A stretch of 60,000 bases of DNA, taken from contig MU056000.1 of assembly GCA_013239625.1 (NCBI GenBank), positions 7,603,214-7,663,213 on the forward strand, written 5' to 3'. The position numbers were made by a program, and so were the translations under genes. Position 1 is the stretch's first letter. Each line of letters opens with the position of its first letter. This stretch comes from Lama guanicoe. Taxonomy: Eukaryota. The notes beneath the pieces are model-generated. The model was not told the DNA's origin. It saw only the letters and a program-made list of their open reading frames with translations, and made no database searches. This document shows positions 26,100-39,006 of this stretch, one piece after another.

Positions 26100-26200
26100 C
26101 CACCCTCACTAGCTGTGCGACCTTGGGCAAATCTTTGAAAGCCTCTGGGCCTCAGCTTCCTCAGTAAATGGAGATTGAAAACACCTGTCATGTGTGTGTC
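26100..26200 (+). mobile_element. MIR fragment
   Basis: cactagctgtgcgaccttgggcaaatc...gggcctcagcttcctc. Confidence 0.8.
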
Positions 26201-27189
26201 TGTGAATTACTGGGCTGAGCAGGTTCAGATCAGTCAATATCGAGAGCAGAACTGGACTAAAGAGGGCAACATGTTAGGTTCTCCAGGGCGGTCTCAGGAT
26301 GGACTTCTTAACCACCCGAGGTGGCCATCACAAGCATGCTGTCTTGACCTCCAGGGAGCCCACGGCCCTGCAGTCATGCGAGCTCAGTCCTGGTGGGTCT
26401 CAGTGGAGCTGCTTCAATGACATCATGGAAGTCACCCTCATCCCCCGAAATGCCATTAAAAAAAACAAACCAACAGACAAAATGACAATGCAGAGGGGTC
26501 CTGGATTTGGGTTGGGCACCTGCTACCTGCAGAGCCCCTTGTGTTCTTCTCAGAAGGGTGGACAGGTGAGGAGGGCACCGTCCCTGTCCTCACTGAGGTG
26601 GACTCTTTGTTGAGGATGCATCCCTCATGCGAGGCAGTAAATCAAAAGAGAAAGAAAAGTAGTGAGGGGGTGAGTGGGGGCACCTGGAATCCTAAACTCT
26701 GGGCTTCCATCCTGGAGCATGGCTGCTGTGTTCTCCCACATTATTTTTGGGTTTATGAGAAGAAAAATAATTCTCCTGAGCCTTGGAACAGAGGGGACAT
26801 GACAGGTGCTCAAGTGAGGGCACTAGACAGGAAGTGCTATCACACTGTGTCCTCAAATTCAAGATATATGGACCCTAGAAAAAACTTTGACCCTCTGGGG
26901 TTGACTTTAACTATTTTTATTATAAAGCTATTTAAATATAAATATAAAACAGAGCATAAATTTTTTAGGCTTATAACATAGCATATTTATAAATTATATA
27001 TGAACTAAACTATGAAATCAATAACACTCACATCTAATTTAATTTTCTTTGATGGGTGATGTTTTCCTGAAATGAAATTACTTACAATGGATTTAAGAAT
27101 AGATGTTTGGCTCCTCCTTGTCAATTTGTCTTAGGACTTTCTCCAGGATGGGCCTGCATTTGAGTGACTGTCATTGTGAACGGTCTGCT

Positions 27190-27400
27190 GCATGGTGGTT
27201 AAAATCAGGGACGTTAAAGTCTGAGGTAGTGGTCCCTGTCCTTATCTGTAAAATGAGGATGAAATGGTACTGCTTACCTATTAGAGTTTAAAGAATGAAA
27301 GGATGTGATGTATGTAACATATCAATAAACGATGTACATAAAGCACTTAGAATAGTGTCTGGTACAGAGTATTAAGTAAATGCACTGTTAGTGTCAATTA
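27190..27400 (+). mobile_element. MIR
   Basis: ccttatctgtaaaatgaggatg...aaagcacttagaatagtgtctggtacagagt. Confidence 0.8.
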
Positions 27401-27440
27401 TGATTTCTAAATATTCCTTTTTAATTACGATCTCATTTTA

Positions 27441-27730
27441 TTTATTTTAATTTTTAAAAATCAAATTTTTAATTTGGAATGATTTTAGGAAAGTTGGAAA
27501 GACAAGACAGACTTTCCCATATACCCATTACCTAGTTTCTCTTAGTGTCAGCTTCTTACACTGCCATGTGTTGGAACTAAGAAACCAGCATTGGTACTTT
27601 ACTAATAACTGAACTCCAGACTTTGTCCATATGGCACCAGTTTTTACACTAATGTCCTTTTTGTTTCCAAGATTCCACATTCCATTCAGACTCCTCTTGT
27701 CTATGGCAATTTCTCAGTAGGCATGGAGTA
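27441..27730 (-). mobile_element. Older L1 3' end (L1MC-like)
   Basis: T-rich tail then ctttcccatataccc...ctaagaaaccagcattggtac...caccagtttttacactaatgtcc. Confidence 0.7.
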
Positions 27731-27766
27731 TTTAAAAAAAAAACATGATTATATGAGCTCACTTTA

Positions 27767-28520
27767 TTTTTTAAATTTTTTTTAATTTTTTAATTGAAGT
27801 ATAGTCAGTTTACAATGTTTTGTCAATTTCTGGTGTACAGCATAGTGTTTCAGTCATACATGTACACACATATATTCCTTCTCATATTCTTTTTCACTAT
27901 AAGTTACTACAAGATACTGAATATTGTTCCCTGTTCTATACAGAAGAAACCTGTTGTTTATCTCTTTTATATACAGTAGTTAGTATCTGCAAATCTCAAA
28001 CTCCCAATTTGTACCTTCCCATCCCCTTTCCCCGCTGGTAACCATAAGTTTATTCTCTATGTCTGTGAGTCTGTTTCTGTTTGGTAAATTAAGTTCATTT
28101 GTGTCTTTTTTTTTAGATGTCATATGGTGTTTTTCTTTCTCTTTCTGGCTTACTTCACTTAGAATGATGATCTTCAGTTCCATCCATGTTACTGCGAATG
28201 CAGTTATTTTATTTTTTTGTTGCTGAGTAGTATTCCATTGCATAAATACACCACAACTTCTTTATCCAGTCATCTGTTGATGGACATTTAGGTTGTTTCC
28301 ATGTCTTGGCTATTGTAAATGGTGCTGCTATGAACACTGGGGTGCATGTATATTTTCAAATTCCAGATATATGCCCAGGAGTGGGATTGCTGGATCATAG
28401 GGTAAGTCTATTTTTAGTTTTTCGAGAAATCTCCATACTGTTTCCATAAATGGCTGCACCAAACTACATTCTCACCAACAGAGTAGGAGGGTTTGCTTTT
28501 CTCCAGACCCTCTCCAGCAT
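27767..28520 (-). mobile_element. Young camelid-type L1, 5'-truncated (ORF2 C-terminus + 3'UTR)
   Basis: Minus ORF 27980-28243 includes FAVTWMELKIIILSEVSQKEK (L1 ORF2 end); TSD ttatatgagctcacttta (27749-66) / ttatatgatctcatttta (28521-38). Confidence 0.95.
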
Positions 28521-29256
28521 TTATATGATCTCATTTTACATCAATGATGCATTATGTTGATAAACCAGTGAACAAAAACAGCCCCCCTAAACATAATGAT
28601 GAAAATTAAACATATCATTGAGTAAAAAAAGTCATCATTGCACTTTTGCCTCTGTGCTCATTGCCCTGAATTGTCCCAAACGGTGAACCTGACTCGCTTC
28701 TCTCCCCATGTGTCTCTGTTTAAACTCCTGTAAAATCTCCACAGTCTGCTGCCGGGGGCTTTGACCTTCACCTTGCACAGACGTAAACACAAAAACAGCT
28801 GCACAGCCTGGTAGCATGTGGTCCTACGTCGTCATCATCCAGATAGTGATAACAGTGCTTTTTAAAAGATGATACATATCTTAAGAACATAAAATTCTAT
28901 AGAACTTAGACCCTGTTTGAAATGCATTGTCTTAATAAACAACAGACAATGTTGTTTGGAGAAAATAGCCAAGGCCGTTGAAATAGCACCCAAGAGCCAT
29001 CCCAGTGCCTGGGAGCAAGCTGAGCCCTTGATGAATGGTATTTTTTAACCCTCATAATGTGCCTACTGTGGGGATATCTTTACAGTGGGAAATTGAGGTT
29101 TAGAGATTAATTTGCCAAGTGCCACTGAAGGAAATGGAAGAACCATATTCTCCAGGTCGTAGCCTGCAGTGTCCCTGCTCTCACCCATCATGTCTTCCCT
29201 GGGAAGGACGTGGAAGAAGGAACACTTGGTTGGGAACAGAGATGATCTTGGGTTTT

Positions 29257-29409
29257 TATTTAAAAATAATTTACCTTTTAAGCTTTTCTGGGGGAATGGG
29301 TGGTAATTAGGTTTATTTGTTTATTTATTTTTTAACTGAGGGACTGGGGATTGAACCCAGGACCTTATGCCTGCTAAACATGTGCTCTACCACTGAGCAT
29401 ACCCTCCCC
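29257..29409 (-). mobile_element. Camelid-type tRNA-derived SINE
   Basis: Antisense B box (ggggattgaacccagg) and A box (ctctaccactgagc); degenerate TSD atctt(g)ggtttt / atcttagtttt. Confidence 0.9.
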
Positions 29410-29539
29410 TCAATCTTAGTTTTAAAGAACAAAGCAAACCTGTAGCCTCTGCCGTTCTGGGCCTTGGCCTGCCCGCAGGTGGGGCACCGTGTTACCCCAC
29501 AGCACTGGGCAGAAGAAAGCAAACTCTCCGATTTTTTAA

Positions 29540-29760
29540 AAAACACCTTTCATCCAATCCTTCCTCCTTCCTCCCGCCTCAATCCCCTCCTCTGGTAATC
29601 CCAAATCAGACTTCCTTTTCTATGAGTTTGTCTGTCTGTTTTTTGAAGTATAGTTGACCTACAGCATTATGTCAGTCCCTGTTATACAACGTGGTGATTC
29701 GACATTTCTGTGTATTACAAAATGATCACCACCGTCAGTCGGTTAGCATCTGTCTTCACC
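29540..29760 (-). mobile_element. L1 3' fragment (L1MA9-like)
   Basis: cccctcctctggtaatc...tttgaagtatagttgacctacagcattatg...aaatgatcaccac. Confidence 0.65.
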
Positions 29761-29772
29761 AAACTGATAATC

Positions 29773-29991
29773 ACTGTGCATAGAAATAGATAAAAAACAA
29801 AATTCATCCCTACAGCACAGGGAACTATATTCAATGTCTTGTAATAACCTTTAGTAAAAAAGAATATGAAAACGAATATATGTATGTATGTGCATGCCTG
29901 GGATATTTTGCTGTACACCAGAAACTGACACATTGTAACTGATAATACTTAATAAAAAAAAAATTAAAAAAAAAAACAAAGGGAGAAGGAG
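29773..29991 (+). mobile_element. Young camelid-type L1 3' end
   Basis: acagcacagggaactatattcaatgtcttgtaataacc...poly-A; approximate TSD aaactgataatc / aagctgattatc. Confidence 0.9.
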
Positions 29992-32249
29992 AAGCTGATT
30001 ATCTTAATGCCATTATGAGTGCATCTGATACTAATTCAGGCTCAAAGAGGATCACAGTCAGTGTTCCAGAAATACATGTTGAAAAGTGATAATGAACCTC
30101 CAGTTACAGGAAGCTGGGATCATGGCATCATTTCTCAGAATTCCTAAAACAGCAAGACAAAGGCTTTTTGTGACTACGGACTGGGAACATTTACAAAGTG
30201 ATAACAGCCATTGTATTACTGCAAATCAAAGCTGTGTTAAAAACAATATGAGGCTGCTTTAAAAAGTTAAGGATGACTTACATCCGTCTGGCTCCACTAG
30301 GGCCTCAAAAGCCGCTGTTCAGAATTTCCCACAGGTTGACTTTTCTGCTATGACTGAGAAATTGGATATTTTACTCCTCTGCCTCAAACTTTTCCAATGA
30401 ATAATCTCAATTGACCTCTACTGTCTACCTGAAGACAGGAACTCATCAGTATTAAGAAAGAAATATGAGCTTTGTTCTGGTCGCCTTCTTAAAATTCTGC
30501 TGTAAGGAAAACTATTTTTATTTTATCTTTTCTTCCCCTAAAATCTCTCTGTTAGTTCTCCTTTCTTTGCAAGAACGTAGCTAGTCACTCTCAGGCTCTG
30601 TGACCGGCTGGAAATACACTGTTAACCTTATCAAGTTTGTCATAACTCAGAAGGTTGGCAATTTCTCCTCATTCTGATTTCTTTAACTTGAATAATCATA
30701 AAAGGATGGCTGGGAAGTGGTTTTATTTTATTGAGAAAGGGTCTGAAAAAAAATTCTGATTTCCACAAATAAAACACACATCGTGTAGCTGATGGCTGAG
30801 TATGTCTTCAGTTTATGCAAGAATGATTTTAGCTGCAGCAGGAGAACCGTCTGGCTGTGGGACGCTGTAACTGCAGCGGTTGTAAGACAGTGCCGTCCTT
30901 GGATCTTAGTCCTCAAGACGGAAAGAATATCACGGAAAAGGGAAAATTAAGGAAACTGTCAAAGACAAACCCAACACCCCCAACCTCAAAATCCATGCTT
31001 TTCTTGGAGAGTTCTTTCCTGTCATGAAGAAACATAATTTGTCGGCTCTATGAATTGTTCTAGAATGAAGCTTCTGTCTTCTTTCCTGATGTTTGTTCAA
31101 CCTTGTTATTACCAATGGGGAGAACACGTGTGAGAAAATTGGACAACCTGCCTCATTTCAAAACGTGGAGGCAAACACCCTCCACGCACTGTCAGCAGGT
31201 AAAACACAGCAGTGTATTTTTTAAAAAATGTCAAAGTTCGGACTCCAGGAATGTAAGCGTGGTCTAATGTGAGAAAAGCTATTAATATAGTACATCCTTT
31301 GAATACATTAAATGAGAAAAATTGTATGATTATCTTCATAGGTCAAAAATAATGTTTATACCAGGCCTCAAATTGTCCATAAAATAGATGATAAGACACT
31401 TTGTGGTAAGATGTGAGGTATAAAACACAACACACACATTTTATACACACGTGCTAATCACATGTATGTGCACATAACACAGTCACATGTATGTGCGCAT
31501 CATATTATGCACACGACAGTCACATGTATGGGCAATCAGTTATACACATCAACCATAATTATGTTCACATCATATACACATGCTGATCACAAGTATCTGT
31601 ACCCTGCATTATACACACACACACACTCACGTGTATGTGTGCCTCCTGTTTCTCACTTTCAAGTCACACAAGCCTTATCACTGCATCAGAGCAATCGCCA
31701 GTATCATGTTTGATGGTGAACCATTAGAACGGACCACTTTTATCACCATCACTCAGCGTTGTTCTGGAAGTGCTACTTAATGAAATTAGATAGAAATTTT
31801 ACTTTATTTGTTTTTTATTTATTTTATTTTATTGAAGTATATTTGGTTTACAGTGTTGTGTAGAGACAAATTTTAAGCCAGGGTCTATACCCTGGTCAGA
31901 CAAAGGCAGTTATTATTTTCAGGTGCTACGATTATCTACCTGGAAAACCCAATAAAACCCAGTGGAAAAACTCTTGCAAACAACAAGATAACTGAATAAG
32001 CTGTCTGGTTACAAAATGAGCACACAAAAAGCAATGGGATTTTCACTCAGAAATTAGTATAAAATACTGCAGACACAGAAGAGCATGAGAAAACTGCAGA
32101 AGCACCTGTGTACCCACCATCTGGCTTCACAGATGAAAAACTGCTGATACAGTTGAAGTCCTTTGTATTCCCCTCCTGAGCACATCTTTGCCTCAGAGGT
32201 AATCTGCATTGTGAATTGAACGTGTGTCATTTTCATGCAGTTCTTAATA

Positions 32250-32526
32250 GCAGCGTAACGTCTTCTGCTGCGCTTTGCAGACACTGGTTTTTACAAAAGG
32301 TTTGTGGCAACCCTGTGTCCTCAGATGATGGTTAGCATTTGTAAACAATATTTATTAATTAAGATATAGGTGTTGTTTTTTAGACATAATGCTATCACAT
32401 GCTTAATAGACTACGGTATAGTATAAGCATAACTTTTATATGCACTGGGAAACCATAAAATTTGTATGACTCATTTGATTGTGGTGGTCTGGAATCATAT
32501 CCACAATCTCTCTGAGGTAAGCCTAT
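32250..32526 (+). mobile_element. Tigger1 internally deleted fragment
   Basis: aaggtttgtggcaaccctg, cagatgatggttagcatt, cataacttttatatgcactgggaaacca, terminal ctctgaggtaagcct. Confidence 0.85.
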
Positions 32527-32598
32527 GATTTTATTAAATATATATGTACTTGTAAATTCCATCACTGTTTGATGCCCATCAAAATGGCATCTTACTGA

Positions 32599-33117
32599 TG
32601 TCCATTGACACATGACTGGATAAAGAAGCTGTGGTATATTTATACAATGGAACATTACTCAGCCATAAAAAGAATAAAATAATGTCATTTGCAGCAACGT
32701 GGGTGGATCTGGAGATTGTCATTCTAAGTGAAGTAAGCCAGAAAGAGAGAGAAACATGACATCACTTATATGTGGACTCTTAAAAAAAAAGTCAAACAAA
32801 CTTGTTTATAAAACAGAAACAGCCTCACAGACATAGAAAACAAACTTATGGTTACCAGGAGAGGAAGAGGGTGGAAAGTGATAAATTGGGAGTTTGAGAT
32901 TTACAGACACTAACTACTGTATATAAAATAGATAAACAAAAATTTCATACTGTATAGCACAGGGAACTATATTCAATATCTTGTAGTAACTTATGGTGAA
33001 AAAGAATATGAAAACGAATATATGTATGCTCATGTATGACTGAAGCATTGTGCTATAGACCAGAAATTGACACAACATTGTAAACTGACTATAGCTCAAA
33101 AAATGTATATATACAAA
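32599..33117 (+). mobile_element. Young camelid-type L1, 5'-truncated
   Basis: ORF2 end + 3'UTR; TSD aaaatggcatcttactga (32581-98) / ataatggcatcctactga (33118-35). Confidence 0.95.
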
Positions 33118-34427
33118 ATAATGGCATCCTACTGAAAGAGTTCTTCCTCGACTCACCAGTCTGGTCAGTCTCACGTTTGCAGGGCTCACCTGAGTGGGTA
33201 TGTGGGACTCCCACACGTGTGTCTCATTGTTTTGTGTTCTAGCGCATGTACAGAGCTCTCCTTATCTCATCTTTTGCTGTCATGAACATTCACATACATG
33301 TTCCTTTTCACAAACGTGAGTGTTTTTCCAGACCCAGGGGATTTCTAGAGCACATACCAGGAACTGGGTAAATCAATGTCTTCATCTTTTTTAGACAGAA
33401 CCCAGTTGCACTCAATTCCTTTTTGAACCAGAAGCATATACACGTTTTCACTGTTTTGTATACCCTTCCAAACATTTCTTTTTATCAATAATTTTTTTTC
33501 ACTATATCAATGATAAGTAGAAAATATAATGGATATAAAATATCCATTAACAATAACAGTGATAAAATTGTAAGGAATAAAATGAACAAGTCATACGGGG
33601 CAGGAATTATGTGAAGAAAACTAAAACACTTGTAAACAAGAATACAAAGTCTTGAGTAAATAAAGAGTGATGGATACATCTTCTTTAGCTGCAAAGACCT
33701 TAAAGTGGAGAGATGAAATTTTTATCTAAATTATTCTATAAGTTCAAAACCTAAGGTCATTTCTCCCTAGGTATTTAAAAATAATATATATGAGAAAGTA
33801 GCCATGGTTTGTCTTAGAAAAGAAATGTGTAAGGAGGTGAAACTAGTCCTGCCAGATTTTAAATTATTTTCTTACACATTTAAAACAGTACAGTGATTGC
33901 AGAAAAAGACTCAAGTATGTATGAAAAAATACCATCTCAGTTATTGGAGAAAAGATCTATTTTATAAATGTTAATCGGCATTTTTGGCTAACTAAAAATA
34001 AACAAATGGATCCCCACTTCACAGTTTACACACACACTTCACCTATTGCGTTTTTTCTCAGGTCTGCATGCACTTGAGAATTACCCCGGAGACTTTGAAA
34101 AACAACAGTGCCCAGGCACATCTCAGATCATTTATATCAATGCATCGAGCTAATGGAATTAGGCATCTTTTGCCATATTTCCAGTTCCACTTTAGAATCA
34201 CTTTGCATTTGAACATCCCACAGTCAGTGAGAGAGACTGCCCAACAAAGTTTCCCATTTGACGGCTGGTGATACTGGGGAGGGAGGCTAAGTGAGTGTCA
34301 GTGTCATTAGTGGCCATTTCATTAGCTGATTTTTATGGGTATTGTTAGTTATGGCATTTACTTTCTTTCAAAATATTTTGATTAGAAGGAATCAGGTAAT
34401 AAACTTAAGAAATATATATATATATAT

Positions 34428-34445
34428 NNNNNNNNNNNNNNNNNN
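34428..34445. other. Assembly gap (18 N) inside a (TA)n/(CA)n microsatellite
   Basis: N run flanked by tatata repeats. Confidence 0.99.
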
Positions 34446-34654
34446 TATATATATATACACATACACACACACGCACATATATATATGTAAAATTTTGAAG
34501 GCAATGTAGTACATTAATATTAGTTTTTGCTGGGAAAAGGAATAGCTGGTCATATTTTCTTTCTGCTTTTAACAGCTTTTGCCATGAGCATATATAACTT
34601 TCACTGCCAGAATAAAACCCAAATGGATCTGTTTTTGTTAAAAAAAAAAAAAGA

Positions 34655-35245
34655 GGGTATGGAAAAACAGTACAGCGGTTCCTCAAAAAATTAAAAGTAG
34701 AATTACCATACGATCCATCAATTCCTCTTCTGGGTATATATTCAAAAGAATTGAAAGTAGGGTCTCAAAGAGACATTTGTCCCCCCACGTGCACAGCAGC
34801 ACGATTCATATGGTCAAAAGGAGGAAGCCTCCCAAAGGTCCATCAACAGATGGATAAATAAAATGTGGTCACTGTATGCAATGGAGTATTATTCAACTTA
34901 AAAAAAAAAATTCAGACACTTGCTACCATGTGGATAAACCTTGAGAACCTTACACTCAGTGAAATAAGACAGGACAAAATACGGAATGAGTCGAGTTACG
35001 TGAGTTACCTAGAGCAGTCAAACTCACAGAAACTGAAAGTAGGATGGTGTTTGCCTGGGGCTGTTGGCAGGAGGAGTGAGGAAGCCACGTCTAATGGGTA
35101 CAGAGTTTCAGTTCAGCAAGATAAGAAGTGCTGGAGAGTGCAGCACAACATGAATGCACCACACTGTGGAACTGTGCACTTAAAAATGGTTGAGATGGTA
35201 AATTTTACCTTATGTGCACTCTATCACAATTAAAAATCTGTAAAA
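34655..35245 (+). mobile_element. L1MB-like 3' end
   Basis: ggaaaaacagtacagcggttcctcaaaaaattaaaagtagaattacc...cacttaaaaatggttgagatggtaaatttt. Confidence 0.9.
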
Positions 35246-36412
35246 GAAAGTAAAAAGGGGAATGCTAGCTAGCTGTGTTTCTGGGAAGTGACTGCCTGAA
35301 GATCGAGCTGACACGGGGATGTGGGGACCCTGCAGATGTCCTCTGAAGGTCACCTTTACCTTTGTGAATCTGTAAAATGTTAGAATTCTTTCCTCACCCT
35401 CAAAAAGAATTCAGTGAATTAAAAGGATTTTCATAACATGATTCGTAACTTGTATTTTGAGTTTAAACCAAGGGTACTTCAAGAACCTCATATGAACATA
35501 AGTTTTCAGATTTTGGCAAGTTCAGTGAGAAGGAAAAATGGGTTTTTGGATTCATTTTTAATGTAATCTGTTTTTCCAGTCTCTGGTGTACAGTGTGATT
35601 CATTTCAAAGGGGCTCTATTTCAGGCAATGTGGCTTTAAGTAGGACTTACACAAGATGAAGCCACTGCATCTAATTTATCATTCGGGAACCCAAACTTTG
35701 TAATTATGTGGCCAATCATTTCCAATCATGAGTCAGCTGTGAGTCTAAATAGAGGAGTTCACCCACTGCAATTATGTAAGTTCCTCTTATTGCAAAGGTT
35801 GTAATTACTTGGACAGGCCTCATCACTGGCTCCCTTTCAAGTTTCAGAGGAAACTTCTCTTTGAGATATGCAGCCGTACCTCCAGGCTCCACAGTCAGCC
35901 TAACTCCGTCATGGGTGGACCCATCAGGACCAGAAGCACGATGGACCTTCCCACCACGACATGAGGATAAGGCTCCTCATCATGGTACCCGGAGTGTAGA
36001 CAGTATTCAGCTGCAGCTCTTCAAGAAAGGCATCCCCAAGGGGCCAGGCTCCAGTCTGGAGGTTTGGGAGCTTCGTACTAGTCAGGCATAAGCAACCCAC
36101 GTTTTGTAGATTATAGGTTCATGTTTGTTTGTGTTTTTTTTTTCAAGTCAGTTACTGAAACTTCAAAAGTAATACATGCTCTTAGTAAAAATTCAACCGC
36201 TCCAGAAGAGTCCAAAGTCAAATTAAAACTTTTCCCACCCTTCCTTCTAACTGCCCATGATGCAATCATCACAAACAATGAGGTGCTTTTTCTCCCATAT
36301 CTTTTCTTTGCTTCTACAAGCATATATATGAGTATTCATTTTATGTTTATCTTATTATACTAAATGCAGTATTTATTCATTTGCTTTTTCATCTGACCAC
36401 ATCACAGGCATC

Positions 36413-36768
36413 GCCTATGAACTGAATGTTTGTCTCCCCAAAAACCATATGTTGAAGCCCTAATCACCACTGGGATGCTATTTGGAGATGAGGCCCATTA
36501 GAGGTAATTGGGTTTAGATAAGTTCTTGAGGGTGGGGCCCCAGCAATGGGACCAGTGCACTTACAGGGAGATGAAGGGACAAGAGCTTTCTCTTACCAGC
36601 ACGTGAGGTCACAGAAGGCAGCTGTGTGTGCACCCGGAGGAGGGCCCTCACCATGGACCTGACCATGCTGGCCCCCGATCTCGGACTTCCAACCTCTACA
36701 ACTCCAGGCAATAAATGTCTAAGCCACTCAGTCTATGGTAATGTGCTATAGCAGTCAGAACCACGACA
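36413..36768 (+). mobile_element. MaLR solo LTR (MST/MLT1A-like)
   Basis: catatgttgaagccctaatc, ggacttccaacctctacaact; perfect 5-bp TSD gcatc (36408-12 / 36769-73). Confidence 0.88.
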
Positions 36769-37254
36769 GCATCCTTTGAGTGTAATATATTTAGTTGATC
36801 TTATTCTTAAAAGGTGAACAGTATCTCCTGGCAGGGAGGTTCCATGGTGCATTGAGCCATTTGGGTTTTGAAGGATTTGTTGGCAGTTTGCCATTTCAGA
36901 CAACACTACAGCAATGAACTTTTGCCCCCGACACACTCCAAAATTTCCTTAACTAAAAGAAACTTAACTGCTAAACTACAAGAACTCTCACTTGGAGAGT
37001 TTAGAGAAATAAAGAAAAATGATGGCGTGGCACGTACTGACAATGATGATGAGGATGGTGCTAACACTGACCCTGACCTACATCTGGGACACACTGCTGT
37101 GGCCGTTCAGTTATTCATGGCTGGTGTTCATTCTGACTGCTCAGTGTCTGTGCTAATCTGGTTGTAAAATATTTGTAATATCACCCCTGAAAATATATCT
37201 TCCATTTATTTTAATTGGGCACAGTGGTCTCATCTGAGGCTAATAAACTCCAGA

Positions 37255-37350
37255 TGGAAGGCACTGTTATCACTTTCATTTTACAGATAAGGAAACTGAG
37301 GCTCAAAGATTGAGTCACTTGCCCAAGTAAGTCACAGGGCAGCCCAGGCT
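37255..37350 (-). mobile_element. MIR fragment
   Basis: cattttacagataaggaaactgaggctcaaagattgagtcacttgcccaag. Confidence 0.85.
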
Positions 37351-37683
37351 GGTTGACCATATGCCATTGTTTGGTACAGCAGAGGATGTGTTTAGTAGTT
37401 AGAAAAACTGCACAGGGAAAAGTGACTTGGAGAACAAGTTTCAATTCTAACAAAAATTCTAACAATAATCCAGGGGACAGGGAGGACATCTCGGGCAGGG
37501 ACTAGACCAAGCCTCTGTGCTGAGAACGAGAAAGTGCTGCCTAGCTGGTTTTCTTAGTTGAGAAGATAAGTGTGGGGGACTTTGGGACTCTGGTCCAAAC
37601 CTGCTTCCCTGAACCTATTTCTCACCACTGTACTCAGCCCCGCTGGACTGTAGCGTCCACTGCTCCACATACACACTTCAAAC

Positions 37684-38180
37684 TGCCAACTGAAATAAAA
37701 TCGCATAATGTGAAGGTTGTGAGTTAGGTTTCATTTGGGCAAAATGAGGACTATGGACCAGGAGACAGCATCTCAGATTGCTCTGAGGAACTGCTCCAAA
37801 GAGGTGGGGGGAAGGTCAGTATACACGTGATTTTAGCGAATGGGGGGCACATGCAGTCAAGCACACGTTTAAGCAGAGGCTCGCTGCTAGTCACAAGGAG
37901 CAGGTGTCCCCGTGAAGCATTGTAGTGCTTTTCTGCATATGAGGAGACACAAGAATTTGGGCTCATAAAATCTTCTCCTGAAAACATCTATCTGAAGGCC
38001 TGTTCTGCCAGCTTTCCCCAGAGCACAGAGCACCTCCTTCCTGACCTCCACCCTGAACGCCTTTCAGGCGAGGTTGCAGGTCAGTGGCTTGTGATTTAAT
38101 CCTTATAGAGGTAGATGGCAAGTGCCAATGTGATTGAATCCCTGAGGAGGGAAATGGCAAGCGCCAGCTTTTAGTTGGCA
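37684..38180 (-). mobile_element. Solo ERV1 LTR, MER41-like
   Basis: tgccaactg...tagttggca inverted termini; gagacagcatctcagattgctctgaggaactgctcc shared with the 20743/22007 LTRs; TSD aaac/acac. Confidence 0.85.
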
Positions 38181-38405
38181 ACACTTACTATTGTTGGCCA
38201 CACTGGCCCTTTTTGTAAATGTTTGTCTGCCTACCTTTTAGTCACCTTTCAAAACATATTCAAAACACGGTACCCTGCACAGCGCTCAGAGCATCCTCAG
38301 AGCCAGGACCAGGCTCTTCCTCTTGATGCCCTTTCGGTCTGATGTTTGTCCCGCTCCTAAAGCACTGATGATTTTGATCTTACATGACAGTTATCTGTGT
38401 CCATG

Positions 38406-39006
38406 TGTTGGAGCAGGCTAGATAGCTAGATATGAGCAGACAAAGGATGGGCACGGGCTAAATGGCAGGAAACCACACATCTTGTAAACAACAGGGGTCT
38501 TTGGGGAGAAAAAGAGAAGCCAGGAACCTCTCGGCTGATAAGAAGTCACACATTTTGGGATGACAAGTGCCCTGGAGGCAAAGAAAGGTGGGAAAAAGCA
38601 GGAATCTCCAGTGTCTGAATGTAACCTCTTGCTCATTATGCTCTCATCACAATAAAATTTGCCTTGCGGGTTCGAAGTACCATCATGCACCGAGGCCAGA
38701 ACACTTCCAATCCAGACTAAAACAGACAAAACTCCCTTCTCCCCTTGGGAAGGCGGTGTTGGGATGAAAATCAGGGAATATGACCCCAAGCTCTTCCCTC
38801 CCCAGTGACTATTCCACCCATTCATTTTTACACCCTCTGTAACCAGCTTGCCAAAGAAACTCAGGGCAGCCGCTCACCTGAGTCGGCCTGCGCCCCCGTT
38901 GAGGGTGTACCATCCAGCCCTTAAAAAATCCTCACTTTACGTGCTTCACCTCTGCGTCCTATCGCTGAATTCTTTCTGTGATGAAGCAACCTAATTGCCG
39001 GCAGCA
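38406..39006 (+). mobile_element. Solo ERV LTR (family uncertain)
   Basis: tgttggagcaggctagatagctagatatgagc...gctgaattctttctgtgatgaagc...ggcagca; flanks catg/caca. Confidence 0.75.

Larger units (their letters stand above)
31270..34030 (+). mobile_element. Fragmented ancient L1 ORF2, hosting several later insertions
   Basis: Degenerate RT-region pieces (ctcagcgttgttctggaagtgct; attatctacctggaaaaccc; ggaggtgaaactagtcctgccagattttaaa). Confidence 0.55.

Noticed and set aside
31430..31640. His/Thr-rich ORFs
   Set aside because: Product of degenerate (CA)/(TA) low-complexity sequence
34428..34445. Run of N
   Set aside because: Assembly gap in a microsatellite, not biology
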